Part shown: piece by piece, positions 28,229-39,900 of the stretch
How positions within the stretch are numbered: position 1 is the first letter of the stretch
Layout of the letters: every line of letters begins with the position of its first letter
NCBI GenBank assembly: GCA_963714085.1
Contig: OY970229.1
Coordinates: 64,001-128,000, forward strand
Reading direction: 5' to 3'
DNA: 64,000 bases
Source: an uncultured Candidatus Micrarchaeota archaeon
GTDB taxonomy: Archaea; Micrarchaeota; Micrarchaeia; Anstonellales; Bilamarchaeaceae
Translations under genes and position numbers: made by a program
Notes under the pieces: model-generated
Told to the model about the DNA's origin: nothing
What the model saw: only the letters and a program-made list of their open reading frames with translations
The model's database searches: none

Positions 28229-31200
28229 ACCGTCGACATTGATTTACCTATATTCACCAGCACGGATATTATGTTCTGCATGCCGGAGGATATCTGCGAA
28301 TATGATGCGTCGTCCATCGTCGCCTCGCCTGCGGACGGCGCTCCGAGGGTGCCGTTCACGCTGAAGTTCAGTATCGCGATCGTGGCGTTGCCGTAGGACA
28401 CGTTTATCGAGACCGTGGCCGGATTGTTGTACATGGTCGGTATCACGAGCTGGGTCTCGTTGGTCTGGAAGAGCTTCGAGCTGCCGTAGCTGTCCTTGCC
28501 GGGCTGCTGCGGGACGAACACGACCTGGCCGTTCTGCTCGGTCATCGTGGCGTTCGCAATCACCAGGGATATGGTGTTGTTGTCGTAGACGCTTATGTTG
28601 ATCCTGTTCGGGGCGCCGGACTGGAGCATGGGCAGGGGCAGGTAGGTGCCGTTCGTGTAAAGCGTGACGTCCGCCTCCCTCATCTTCTTGGCGCCTATCC
28701 ACTTGGTCGCCGTGCTCGCGAGCGCGTTCATGTTCTGTATGGAGGCCTTGACCTCGCTCCCGTAGGCGCTGTTCACCAGGGAGCTGCGGTAGGTCGGGAC
28801 GAGCGAGCCGTAGCTGGCGATCGACAGGTTCTGTATGCACAGGTAGCCTGAGCCGTTGGCCTCTATGTAAGGCACGTAGCCGTAGCCGTCGGGTATGTTG
28901 TACCTCGTCGGCGCCGCCGCGAACTCGGCCCCTCCGGAGCTGTTGGTGGTCGCGTAGGCGGCCCCGAAGAACTGCTCGAAGGGGTTGATCACCGGGTAGA
29001 ATATGGCCCTGCCGTTCTCCTCCCCGGCAGAGACGCTCATGCCTGCCAGCGGGGACGATAAGTTGTCGGTGACGACCACGCTCACCGCGTAGGGCACCGC
29101 GCTGTCGGGGAATGTGGTGGTAGTGACGCCGTCCACCTGCACGCTGATGTTGCAGGCCTGGATGAGCGGCGTGGTGTTCTGCAGTATGCCGTAGATGCTC
29201 CCGGGATTGAGGTTCGCGAGGCCGAGCGTGTTGGCGACGTTGTCAGGGGTGTTGTTCAGCAGCGTCCATGTGCCGTTGTACTTCCAGAGGCCGAACCTGG
29301 TCGCGTTGTATCCAATGAGCACTGAGCCGTTCCAGCTCCATACGATGGAATCGATGGAAACCGGTCCGCTGAGCGTTGCGATGTTCACGAACATCTGCGC
29401 GAAGGAGATCGTGTTATATGGAAGGGAGGAGGAGTTGCTGCTCCAGGAGACGGAGTAGAGTTCGCCGCTCGTCACGTTGTCCGCGATGGACAGGTTCGTG
29501 TAGTTCTGGTAGTTGCCCGCTGGGTTGTCGAAGACGATTCCGGAAAGGCCTATTGTGACGTTCGGACCTGACGTATCGGCGACCACGATGTCGGCGCCGT
29601 TGTTGTAGAGGTGCCCTCCGGAAAGGGTGGCATTCGATTCTGATATAAAGATGCCGTAGCCCTGATTGTCATAAGCCACGTCATTGGTGAGCGTGGCGCT
29701 TGTGTAGATGTCAAAACCGTCGGTAGCGCTTCCGAACACGGTGTTGTTGGTCAGCGTGGTGTTCGGGGTCCCGCCACCCACCGTGAAACCGCTTGATGAA
29801 GTGCCGACGGTATTGGCTGTGAGGACGGTGCTGTTGCTCAGAACCAGGTTGAAGCCGCTGTTGGAACCGATTGCCGTATTGTTCGTGAGCGTGGTGTTCG
29901 TGCTCTCGTATATATAGAAAGCCTCCACTTCGTTCGCGGCCGAGTTGCCGGTCAGGACGGTGCCGTTGTCCACATAGATGTGGTATCCGAAGCTGTCGTC
30001 GTGCGCGGTGTTGTTGGCAAGGTACGTGGCGTTGCTGAATAATACGAAAATGCCGTACTCATTGTCGTATACGCTGCTGTTCGAGATAGTGGTGCCGGAA
30101 ACGGCGTCCACGTTGATGCCCGGCCCTGTGTTGGAGTACGCCGTATTGCCGGTGCACGTCACGTTGCTCGCTTCTACCGAGATGCCGGCGATTCCCATGT
30201 TGTTATACGCCGTATTATGATTTATGGCGCTGTTCTGGGACGTGGTGACGATGCCGTCGTTCGAATTGTTGAAGGACGTGCTGTTCGCGATGATGGAATA
30301 TGGGCTTGCGAGGATCGCGATGCCGTTTTCTGAGTTGTTGTATGCGGTGTCGTTGAGGAAGCGGTCGTAGCTGGAGTACCAGTTGGAGATGCCGATGGTG
30401 TAGTTGGAGACCACGCAGTTCTGGACCGTTACGTTGGCAGCCGACCCGTTTATGACAACGCCGTAGGCCACGTCCGCGCTGTCCGTGCCGGTTATACTGT
30501 GGCCGTTGCAGTCGAAGAGGACGTTGGACGCTGCGATCTTCACGCATGAGAAGCCGATGACCGAGGTCCCGACGGCATCATTGGGTGAGCCAGTGTAATC
30601 CGTCGACATCATATAAGCGCCGGGCGCTGATACGACCGGGCAGTTGATCGGGTTCCCCAGCACGGCATAATCGCTCGCCGGGTCTAGGTTCTGGATGCCC
30701 AGGGTGTCCGCGGTGGTGTCCGGGGTGTTGTTGAGCCGCGTCCATGTGCCGTTGTACTTCCATAGGCTGAGGGTGTTTTCGATGTATGCGGCTGATTCCG
30801 CATCGGTCCAGCTCCAAACGATCGAATCGATCGATGTCGAGTCATTTATCGCGGAGATGTTCACGAACGTCTGGGCGAAGGAGGAGTTGCCTGACGGGAG
30901 GGGAGCGGGGCTGCCGGTCCAGTTGATGGAGTATTCCTCACTGACCCAGGTGTCGTTGATGCTCAGGTTGGTGTAGTTCTGCATATTGCCCAGAGGATTG
31001 TCGAAGATGAGGCCGGAGAGGTTCATTGTGTATGGAGAGGCTTCGACCTCCTCCACGCGCAGGTCAGGATTGTTATTGAAGAAATGCATCCCCTGCGCCA
31101 GTGTCTGGTCCGACTCGAATAACAGCAAGCCGGCGTTGGAGCTGTTGGATGCGGTGGTGTTGTAGAAGGAAGTGGCGGTCGCATACTCGAGCGTTATTGA

Positions 31201-33729
31201 ATTGTTGCTCTTGTCGGCACTGACGTTATAGAAACTATTCTGGTTCGCATTATACACGTAGATGCCGTAATTGCTGCTGTTGTCGGCGTTGACGTTGGAT
31301 AGGACGTTGTTGTTCGATGAAGCGAGGTAGATGCTGTAATTGCCGCTGTTGTCGGCACTGACGTTGGATAGGTTGTTGTTCGATGAAGCGAGGTAGACGC
31401 CGTAATTGCTGCTGTTGTCGGCGCTTATGTTATATAAGTTATTCTGGTTCGCTCCGTTCATATAGATGCCGTAATTACCGCTGTTGCCGGCATTATCGTT
31501 GGACAGGTTGTTCTGGTTCGCGCTATACATGTAGATGCCGTACATCCCATTGTTGTTTAGGGAGTTGTTGACGTATGTGCCATTTGCGCTCGATTCTATA
31601 TCGAAGCCGGCATAGTTGTATCGCGAGGATATGTTGCTGATGGCGGCGTTGTTAGTGTAATATACCAGGAAAGCATCGTTGTTGAGGGTGTCGGAGCCGT
31701 TGACCCTGGTGTTCGTGACATTGGAGCCGGTCGCGTTGCAAAGCTCTATCTCTGCGGAGTTCAGGCCGTTCCATGAGACCGGCGCATAGGAGTAGTTGAC
31801 CGGGCGGCCAGCAGAGCCGGTCATGTTGGCGATGGTGTTCGGGCAACCGGCTGCAGAGCCAGGGGACACGAGAAGGTCATAGATGTCGTTTTCCATTACC
31901 GTGTTATTGGATATGGTGTTCTGGCTCGATGAGGCGAGGTAGAAGCCGTACAGCCCATTGCTGTTTGCGGAGTTGTTGGCGTATACGCCGTTTAGGCTTG
32001 ATTCTATATCGAAGCCGATGTAGTTGTAGGACGAGGACGTATTCTTTATGACGGCATTATTGGTTTCATATACCAGGAAAGCGTCATTGTTGAGGGAGTC
32101 GGAGCCGTTGACCCTGGTGTTCGTGACATTGGAGCCGGTCGCGTTGCAAAGCTCTATCTCTGCGGAGTTCAGGCCGTTCCATGAGACCGGCACATAGGAA
32201 TAGTTGATCGGGCGGCCAGCAGAGCCGGTCGTGCTGGTGATGTTGTTCTGGCAGTCGGCCGGGATGTAAGGCTGCACGGCAAGGTCGTAATAGCCATTTT
32301 CCGTTAGCGTGTTATTGTACAGGGTGTTGTTTCTCGCTGAACTCAGGGTTCCTGGAGAGAGGAGGATGCCGTACTGGCTGTTGTTGTAGGCGGTATTGTT
32401 ATACAGGACATTCGAGTTTGCGCCCCCGAGCCAGATGCCCACCACGTCGTTGTCGACGGTATTGTTATACAAGGTATTGTTTATGGACTCCTCGGTAAGC
32501 GCAATGCCCACGCCGTAGTAGGGGAGGCTGTTGTTGTTCGCGGTATTGTCATAGATGACATTCTCTTGCCCATCATACGCATAGATGCCGGCATAAAGGT
32601 TGTTGTCGAAATGATTGTCGTGCACGGTATCAAATATCGCTATATCTAGCTCGATGCCATAACCATTGTAGTCCGCCGTGTTGTTGTATATATCCGCAAA
32701 TCCCTCGTCTTCGATGCCGCCGAAACTGTTATGTTCGATGAAATTGTTGTAAATGTTGGCGTTATCAGCTTCGGTTAAGATGCCCGGGGCGTCCCTCTCG
32801 ACGGTATTGTCATATATGTTGACTACGCCCGGGTCGTCGTTGACGTGGATGCCTGGACCGCTTTCATAGACGCTATTGTTATACACGTTAGCCGAGCTCG
32901 CCCAATCGAGCCAGATGTCGTTGTCGGTTTCAGAGACGTTATTGTTCAGGATATACAAATTTAACGATCCTGCTCCGACATATATGCCGCTGGTATAATT
33001 GTGGATATTGCAGTTCTCCACCGTAACGTTATGGGGTGAACCTGAAACATTGATGGCGCTGAGGGCGGCGCCCCATGCGCTGCCGGCTATGGTAAAGCCG
33101 TTGCAGTTGAAAACCACGTTGGACGCGGTTATCATGACGCAGTTATCGCCGTTCGGCGCGCCGGAGTAATTCATCGGCATCACGTAGGTGCCGGGCGCGG
33201 ATATTACCGGGCAGTTGACGCTCGGGTCGTTGTCCATCACGCCATAGCCGGTCCCGGATCCGGACGATTCGCTGCTTTGGGCAGTGGGATTCCCGGAAGC
33301 GTTTGGAGGCGCCGGTGCCATACGGAGTTCAAAAAAAGTGCTGTTAGGAGGGAATTGACCTGGGGGTCCCACCCACCTTATTTTAAGGAAGTCAAGAGCA
33401 AAAGCATCAAAAGCAGCAGATTCGTTGAAGGTCTCAGGTGCACCGGGTCCCGGAGACGTTTGGAGACCGGTTCCGTTTTGAACGGATTGGTCCGACGATT
33501 CGGGCTCCGGAGAAGTTTGAAGCGCGCTTCCGTTTTGAACGGATTGGTTCGAAGACTCGTTTCCATCAAGCGTGCCGTTGCTGTCCGGGGACTGATTATC
33601 TGGAGCCGCAGCGGATATCTGCGTGCTTCCGTTTTCATCGGACTGGGCATGGTTCACAGACATGCATATGAACAGCGCGACCAAAACCAGCAGTAGTGCT
33701 GCAATCGCAGGGCTTACGCGTCTGTGCAT
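28225..33729 (-). CDS. Large secreted beta-helix (NosD/PbH1-like) glycoprotein, 1834 aa, no TM anchor
   Basis: Signal peptide, many GI.L..S.NN...NN rungs, two Cys-cap/beta-helix/WSW modules. Confidence 0.88.
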   Translation of the reverse strand: MHRRVSPAIAALLLVLVALFICMSVNHAQSDENGSTQISAAAPDNQSPDSNGTLDGNESSNQSVQNGSALQTSPEPESSDQSVQNGTGLQTSPGPGAPETFNESAAFDAFALDFLKIRWVGPPGQFPPNSTFFELRMAPAPPNASGNPTAQSSESSGSGTGYGVMDNDPSVNCPVISAPGTYVMPMNYSGAPNGDNCVMITASNVVFNCNGFTIAGSAWGAALSAINVSGSPHNVTVENCNIHNYTSGIYVGAGSLNLYILNNNVSETDNDIWLDWASSANVYNNSVYESGPGIHVNDDPGVVNIYDNTVERDAPGILTEADNANIYNNFIEHNSFGGIEDEGFADIYNNTADYNGYGIELDIAIFDTVHDNHFDNNLYAGIYAYDGQENVIYDNTANNNSLPYYGVGIALTEESINNTLYNNTVDNDVVGIWLGGANSNVLYNNTAYNNSQYGILLSPGTLSSARNNTLYNNTLTENGYYDLAVQPYIPADCQNNITSTTGSAGRPINYSYVPVSWNGLNSAEIELCNATGSNVTNTRVNGSDSLNNDAFLVYETNNAVIKNTSSSYNYIGFDIESSLNGVYANNSANSNGLYGFYLASSSQNTISNNTVMENDIYDLLVSPGSAAGCPNTIANMTGSAGRPVNYSYAPVSWNGLNSAEIELCNATGSNVTNTRVNGSDTLNNDAFLVYYTNNAAISNISSRYNYAGFDIESSANGTYVNNSLNNNGMYGIYMYSANQNNLSNDNAGNSGNYGIYMNGANQNNLYNISADNSSNYGVYLASSNNNLSNVSADNSGNYSIYLASSNNNVLSNVNADNSSNYGIYVYNANQNSFYNVSADKSNNSITLEYATATSFYNTTASNSSNAGLLLFESDQTLAQGMHFFNNNPDLRVEEVEASPYTMNLSGLIFDNPLGNMQNYTNLSINDTWVSEEYSINWTGSPAPLPSGNSSFAQTFVNISAINDSTSIDSIVWSWTDAESAAYIENTLSLWKYNGTWTRLNNTPDTTADTLGIQNLDPASDYAVLGNPINCPVVSAPGAYMMSTDYTGSPNDAVGTSVIGFSCVKIAASNVLFDCNGHSITGTDSADVAYGVVINGSAANVTVQNCVVSNYTIGISNWYSSYDRFLNDTAYNNSENGIAILASPYSIIANSTSFNNSNDGIVTTSQNSAINHNTAYNNMGIAGISVEASNVTCTGNTAYSNTGPGINVDAVSGTTISNSSVYDNEYGIFVLFSNATYLANNTAHDDSFGYHIYVDNGTVLTGNSAANEVEAFYIYESTNTTLTNNTAIGSNSGFNLVLSNSTVLTANTVGTSSSGFTVGGGTPNTTLTNNTVFGSATDGFDIYTSATLTNDVAYDNQGYGIFISESNATLSGGHLYNNGADIVVADTSGPNVTIGLSGIVFDNPAGNYQNYTNLSIADNVTSGELYSVSWSSNSSSLPYNTISFAQMFVNIATLSGPVSIDSIVWSWNGSVLIGYNATRFGLWKYNGTWTLLNNTPDNVANTLGLANLNPGSIYGILQNTTPLIQACNISVQVDGVTTTTFPDSAVPYAVSVVVTDNLSSPLAGMSVSAGEENGRAIFYPVINPFEQFFGAAYATTNSSGGAEFAAAPTRYNIPDGYGYVPYIEANGSGYLCIQNLSIASYGSLVPTYRSSLVNSAYGSEVKASIQNMNALASTATKWIGAKKMREADVTLYTNGTYLPLPMLQSGAPNRINISVYDNNTISLVIANATMTEQNGQVVFVPQQPGKDSYGSSKLFQTNETQLVIPTMYNNPATVSINVSYGNATIAILNFSVNGTLGAPSAGEATMDDASYSQISSGMQNIISVLVNIGKSMSTV
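31660..32230. repeat. Near-identical intragenic duplication (~160 nt, ~411 nt apart)
   Basis: GSAGRP.NYSY.PVSWNGLNSAEIELCNATGSNVTNTRVNGSD.LNNDAFLVY at ~31660-31820 and ~32070-32230. Confidence 0.9.
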
Positions 33730-33918
33730 GTGTGTGTTTCATAGATGATATTTAAAAGGTTAATCGCTCGGTTAACGGGATTGGGTTTTGCCGCGAGCGG
33801 CGCGAAACCGCGGCATTTCGATCATCGTTGCAGAGAATGCTGGTTTCGCATATGATGCTGCCCGGAGGGCATGGATTTCATTAGCCGATGGTCTTCCGCG
33901 TATCGGACTGCGCCCAGG

Positions 33919-36900
33919 TCAAGTCCGCTTCGGGCCCTTGCTCCCATAGGAGCCTTTTGGCTTGCTCCTGAGCATCCAGTAGGCTATCGCCGCAATGATT
34001 ATGACCAGGACCAGCAGCAGGAGGGGCCATATGACCAAGCCCGCATTGAACCCTGCGGTCGTACTCGGGTGCGGCGGCTGCTGCACCGGAGCCGCACCGG
34101 GGAGCGCCTCTATCTGCAGCGTCCTCACCACGGTGCCGTTCTCGATGTATGAGACGTCGTAGGCACCCGCGTACACCAGCTGCAAGGAGAAGTCGCCGGC
34201 CGAATCGGTCTTCCCGCTTATCACGTTGCCGGTGGGATCGGTTATCCTGATGTCGCAGTCCATGCAGACGGAGTTGTCCTTCATTGCCTGCACGCTCGTG
34301 TTCTCCCCTACGAAACCCGAGCTTGGGCCTGTCAGGTCGAAGCTCCTGCATATGTTGGCCATGCACATCTGGCCATAGCCGCATTGCGGGCAATTGGAGC
34401 CAGAGCCGCATTGGTACGGGACCAGGACGTGGTTCGCTGCCTTTCCGCAGCCTGTTATGTTCTGGCAGTTGCCCATGTTCGCTCCGGGCGGTATGTTGCA
34501 CAATTGGTTGTCTGCGCAATCCGCGTCAGAAGTGCAGTTGAGCGTTTGGTTCACCGGGGCCACCGGCGTTATCGGAGGCGTTATGTTCGCAGTAGCGGCC
34601 GGGCAGGTGGTGAATGCGAATGTGATGCTTGTCGGCCTGTAGCCTGAGCGCGAGGCGTCAGCCTCGTATGTCCCGTTCGCCGCCAGCGAGAAGGTCGCAG
34701 TTCCGTCGCTTCCGGTGGTTTGCTGTTCCACCAGACCTCCGTACGGGCTGGTGAGCAGCAGCCTTATGTTGGCACCTTCTCCGCTCGAGGAGGTTATGGT
34801 CACCTGGTTGGCCGGGCACGGAGCTATAGAATAGGAGAGCGACATCGCGGCTAAGGACACCCCGCCGGACGGGGGTGAAGATGGGGCTACGCTCAGGATT
34901 TCCGTCACGTTGAATGACGCATTGGCCGTATTGCTGTAGGCGTCTGTCGCGGTGCAGTTCACCTGGGTCGTTCCTATTGGGAAGAGTGAACCGGATACCG
35001 GGGTGCAGGACACGTTGACCAGCTGGCCGTACTCATCGGTTGCCGTCGGCGTGTAAATCTCAGTAGCGCCTAACGGATTCGCGGTGGTATCGGTTATGTT
35101 TGAGATCCCTGAGATGGTCGGCGGGGTCGTGCCTGGGTTCTCTGTCACCCTGAAGGATGCATTGGCCGTATTGCCGTAGATGTCCGTCGCATTGCAGTTG
35201 ACCGTGGTGTTACCTATCGGGAACAATGAACCGGATACTGGGGTGCATAAGACCGGTACTGATACGTTGTACTCGTCCTTTGCCGTCGGGCTGTAGGTCA
35301 CGTTGTTCGTCAGGTTGGTTGCTGTCTGGGTGATGTTGGAGATGCCGCTGATTGTTGGCGGGGTCGTGCCTGGGTTCTCTGTCACCCTGAAGGATGCATT
35401 GGCCGTATTGCCGTAGATGTCCGTCGCATTGCAGTTGACCGTGGTGTTACCTATCGGGAACAATGAACCGGATACTGGGGTGCATAAGACCGGTACTGAT
35501 ACGTTGTACTCGTCCGTTGCAGTCGGGCTGTAGGTCACGTTGTTCGTCAGGTTGGTCGCGGTCTGGGTGATGTTGGAGATGCCGCTGATCGTTGGCGGGG
35601 TCGTGCCTGGGTTCTCTGTCACCCTGAAGGATGCATTGGCCGTATTGCCGTAGATGTCCGTCGCATTGCAGTTGACCGTGGTGTTACCTATCGGGAACAA
35701 TGAACCGGATACTGGGGTGCATAAGACCGGTACTGATACGTTGTACTCGTCCTTTGCCGTCGGGCTGTAGGTCACGTTGTTCGTCAGGTTGGTTGCTGTC
35801 TGGGTGATGTTGGAGATGCCGCTGATTGTTGGCGGGGTCGTGCCTGGGTTCTCTGTCACCCTGAAGGATGCATTGGCCGTATTGCCGTAGATGTCCGTCG
35901 CATTGCAGTTGACCGTGGTGTTACCTATCGGGAACATAGAGCCTGACACCGGGTTGCATATCACAGGCACTGAGACATTGTATTCATCCTTTGCAGTCGG
36001 GCTGTAGGTCACGTTGTTCGTCAGGTTGGTTGCGGTATTAGTTATATTGGAGATCCCTGAGATGGTCGGCGGGGTCGTGCCTGGGTTCTCTGTCACCCTG
36101 AAGGATGCGTTGGCCGTATTGCCGTAGATGTCCGTCGCATTGCAGTTGACCGTGGTGTTACCTATCGGGAACATCGAGCCTGACACCGGGTTGCATATCA
36201 CAGGCACTGATACGTTGTACTCGTCCTTTGCCGTCGGGCTGTAGGTCACGTTGTTCGTCAGGTTGGTTGCTGTCTGGGTGATGTTGGAGATGCCGCTGAT
36301 TGTTGGCGGGGTCGTGCCTGGGTTCTCTGTCACCCTGAAGGATGCATTGGCCGTATTGCCGTAGATGTCCGTCGCATTGCAGTTGACCGTGGTGTTACCT
36401 ATCGGGAACATAGAGCCTGACACCGGGTTGCATATCACAGGCACTGAGACATTGTATTCATCCTTTGCAGTCGGGCTGTAGGTCACGTTGTTCGTCAGGT
36501 TGGTTGCGGTATTAGTTATATTGGAGATCCCTGAGATGGTTGGCGGGATTGGAGGTACTGCGACCACGGTGAGCGTGCCGGTGCTGATTACGGACGGGTT
36601 TCCGGTCCCATTACCAGAGGTATAGAATGAAACGGTCAAACCGTATGTGCCTATGCTCGTGGTTGGGAACGATGTGCTTACCAGGCAGGTTATATTGTCC
36701 AATGCGCCACCCGGATAGCCCGGAGGGGTGAATTGCGCGCTGCCAAAAGGACAATCGACCAGCACTATTCCATTGCCCAGGCTGGTATTGCTGGCTTCGA
36801 GGAGGGAAAGAGCCGGGATCGGAGCGGTCGTTAGCAGCGGACTAGAATTGTAGGTGGTGGAGATTATTACAGAACCGAATGGACTGATTGGTGCGAGTCC

Positions 36901-39900
36901 TGTGATGGTGCCGTTAAGGGATTGCCCTTGTGCGACGGAGGATGGTGAGAGGGTGAGCGGAGCTATGATAGGATTCACTGTCACGTTGAATGACGCATTG
37001 GCTGTGTTACCGTAGGGGTCCGTAGCGCTGCAGTTGACCGGGGTGGTCCCTATCGGGAACATTGAGCCGGATGGAGGCACGCATGAGACGTTGATAGATA
37101 CGTTGTACTCGTCCTTTGCCGTTGGAGCGTATGTCTCGATTGTACCGTTTGAGGTCGCTGTTGTTACGTTTATGTTGGAGATGCCGCTGATCGTTGGCGG
37201 GGTCGTGCCTGGGTTCTCTGTCACCCTGAAGGATGCATTGGCCGTATTGCCGTAGATGTCCGTCGCATTGCAGTTGACCGTGGTGTTACCTATCGGGAAC
37301 AATGAACCGGATACTGGGGTGCATAAGACCGGTACTGATACGTTGTACTCGTCCTTTGCCGTCGGGCTGTAGGTCACGTTGTTCGTCAGGTTGGTTGCGG
37401 TATTAGTTATATTGGAGATCCCTGAGATGGTCGGCGGGGTCGTGCCTGGGTTCTCTGTCACCCTGAAGGATGCATTGGCCGTATTGCCGTAGATGTCCGT
37501 CGCATTGCAGTTGACCGTGGTGTTACCTATCGGGAACAATGAACCGGATACTGGGGTGCATAAGACCGGTACTGATACGTTGTACTCGTCCTTTGCCGTC
37601 GGGCTGTAGGTCACGTTGTTCGTCAGATTGGTTGCTGTCTGGGTGATGTTGGAGATGCCGCTGATCGTTGGCGGGGTCGTGCCTGGATTCTCTGTCACTC
37701 TGAAGGATGCATTGGCCGTATTGCCGTAGATGTCCGTCGCATTGCAGTTGACCGTGGTGTTACCTATCGGGAACAATGAACCGGATACTGGGGTGCATAA
37801 GACCGGTACTGATACGTTGTACTCGTCCTTTGCCGTCGGGCTGTAGGTCTCGGTGGAGCCGGTGTAATTCGTTGCGGTGTCGTTTATGTTAGAGATCCCT
37901 GAGATAATCGGTGCCACTGTACCTGGGTTCTCAGTCACGTTGAATGATTCATTGGCCTGGTTTCCGTAGATGTCGGTTGCGGTGCAGTTCACCGTGGTGT
38001 TTCCTATGGGGAACATCGAGCCTGACACCGGGTTGCATATCACAGGCACCGACACGTTGTACTCGTCCGTTGCAGTCGGGCTGTAGGTCACGTTGTTCGT
38101 CAGGTTGGTCGCGGTCTGGGTGATGTTGGAGATGCCGCTGATCGTTGGCGGGGTCGTGCCTGGGTTCTCTGTCACCCTGAAGGATGCATTGGCCGTATTG
38201 CCGTAGATGTCCGTCGCATTGCAGTTGACCGTGGTGTTTCCTATGGGGAACATCGAGCCTGACACCGGGTTGCATATCACAGGCACCGACACGTTGTACT
38301 CGTCCGTTGCAGTCGGGCTGTAGGTCACGTTGTTCGTCAGGTTGGTTGCTGTCTGGGTGATGTTGGAGATGCCGCTGATTGTTGGCGGGGTCGTGCCTGG
38401 ATTCTCTGTCACTCTGAAGGATGCATTGGCCGTATTGCCGTAGATGTCCGTCGCATTGCAGTTGACCGTGGTGTTACCTATCGGGAACAATGAACCGGAT
38501 ACTGGGGTGCATAAGACCGGTACTGATACGTTGTACTCGTCCTTTGCCGTCGGGCTGTAGGTCTCGGTGGAGCCGGTGTAATTCGTTGCGGTGTCGTTTA
38601 TGTTAGAGATCCCTGAGAAGGTCGGCGGGGTGGTGCCCGGGTTCTCAGTCACGTTGAATGATTCATTGGCCTGGTTTCCGTAGATGTCGGTTGCGGTGCA
38701 GTTCACCGTGGTGTTTCCTATGGGGAACATCGAGCCTGACACCGGGTTGCATATCACAGGCACTGAGACATTGTATTCATCCTTTGCAGTCGGGCTGTAG
38801 GTCTCGGTGGAGCCGGTGTAATTCGTTGCGGTGTCGTTTATGTTAGAGATCCCTGAGATAATCGGTGCCACTGTACCTGGGTTCTCAGTCACGTTGAATG
38901 ATTCATTGGCCTGGTTTCCGTAGATGTCGGTTGCGGTGCAGTTCACCGTGGTGTTTCCTATGGGGAACATAGAGCCTGACACCGGGTTGCATATCACAGG
39001 CACCGACACGTTGTACTCGTCCGTTGCAGTCGGGCTGTAGGTCTCGGTGGAGCCGGTGTAATTCGTTGCGGTGTCGTTTATGTTAGAGATCCCTGAGATG
39101 GTCGGCGGGGTCGTGCCTGGATTCTCTGTCACCCTGAAGGATGCATTGGCCGTATTGCCGTAGATGTCCGTCGCATTGCAGTTGACCGTTGTGTTACCTA
39201 TCGGGAACATCGAGCCTGACACCGGGTTGCATATCACAGGCACTGATACGTTGTACTCGTCCTTTGCCGTCGGGCTGTAGGTCACGTTGTTCGTCAGGTT
39301 GGTTGCTGTCTGGGTGATGTTGGAGATGCCTGAGATTACTGGTGGAATTGTGTCCACCGTGAAGCTCCTTGTTTCTGAGAAGTTGGTTTCGTTTGCAAGG
39401 TCGGTGCAGTTTATGAACCAGTTGTGATAGCCGTCTGCGATGCCTAAAAGCGGGAAGTCGGTTGCCGTGCTGTTCTGGGTAGTCGCATTCGTCTGGTTCA
39501 GGTTCCCGTCCAGGTATAACGAGCAGCTCAGGGTTGGATAATAGTCGTCGCTCGCATTGAATGCGAAGTCGATCGAACCCGAGTTCGTGATATAGGCATC
39601 TGGCGGGAACATGAGGTTGATCGTCGGTATGGTTGTGACATTGTTTTGCAGTATACCATAGGTGCTTGACGGGATCAGGCCCGTGAAGCCGAGCGTGTCC
39701 GCGACGGTGTCGGGGGTGTTGTTCAGCCTGGTCCAGCCTGAGGCGTCGGACTCCCAGAGCTCGAATTTGGTGTCGTTGTATCCGCTAAGCTCGGAATCCT
39801 GCCAGCTCCAGGTAACGGAATCGATGGAAACGCCCGCGCTCTGGTTTTTTATGTCGACGAATTTGTTGAAACTGATGGGAGCGCTGGCAGGCAGCGCGGT

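Noticed and set aside
33440..33560. 60-nt tandem duplication (SSNQSVQNGSALQTSP / SSDQSVQNGTGLQTSP)
   Set aside because: Real, but only a two-copy expansion in a disordered linker, with no evidence of separate function.
33730..33918. ncRNA in the gap between the two giant genes
   Set aside because: Only a TATA-like TTTTAAA and short GC pairings. No recognisable RNA family motif.
34895..39355. Long repeat array as CRISPR or a diversity-generating retroelement
   Set aside because: Units are 237-240 nt, in-frame and coding with no unique spacers. No cas or reverse transcriptase gene is in the window, and variation is block-wise rather than adenine-specific.
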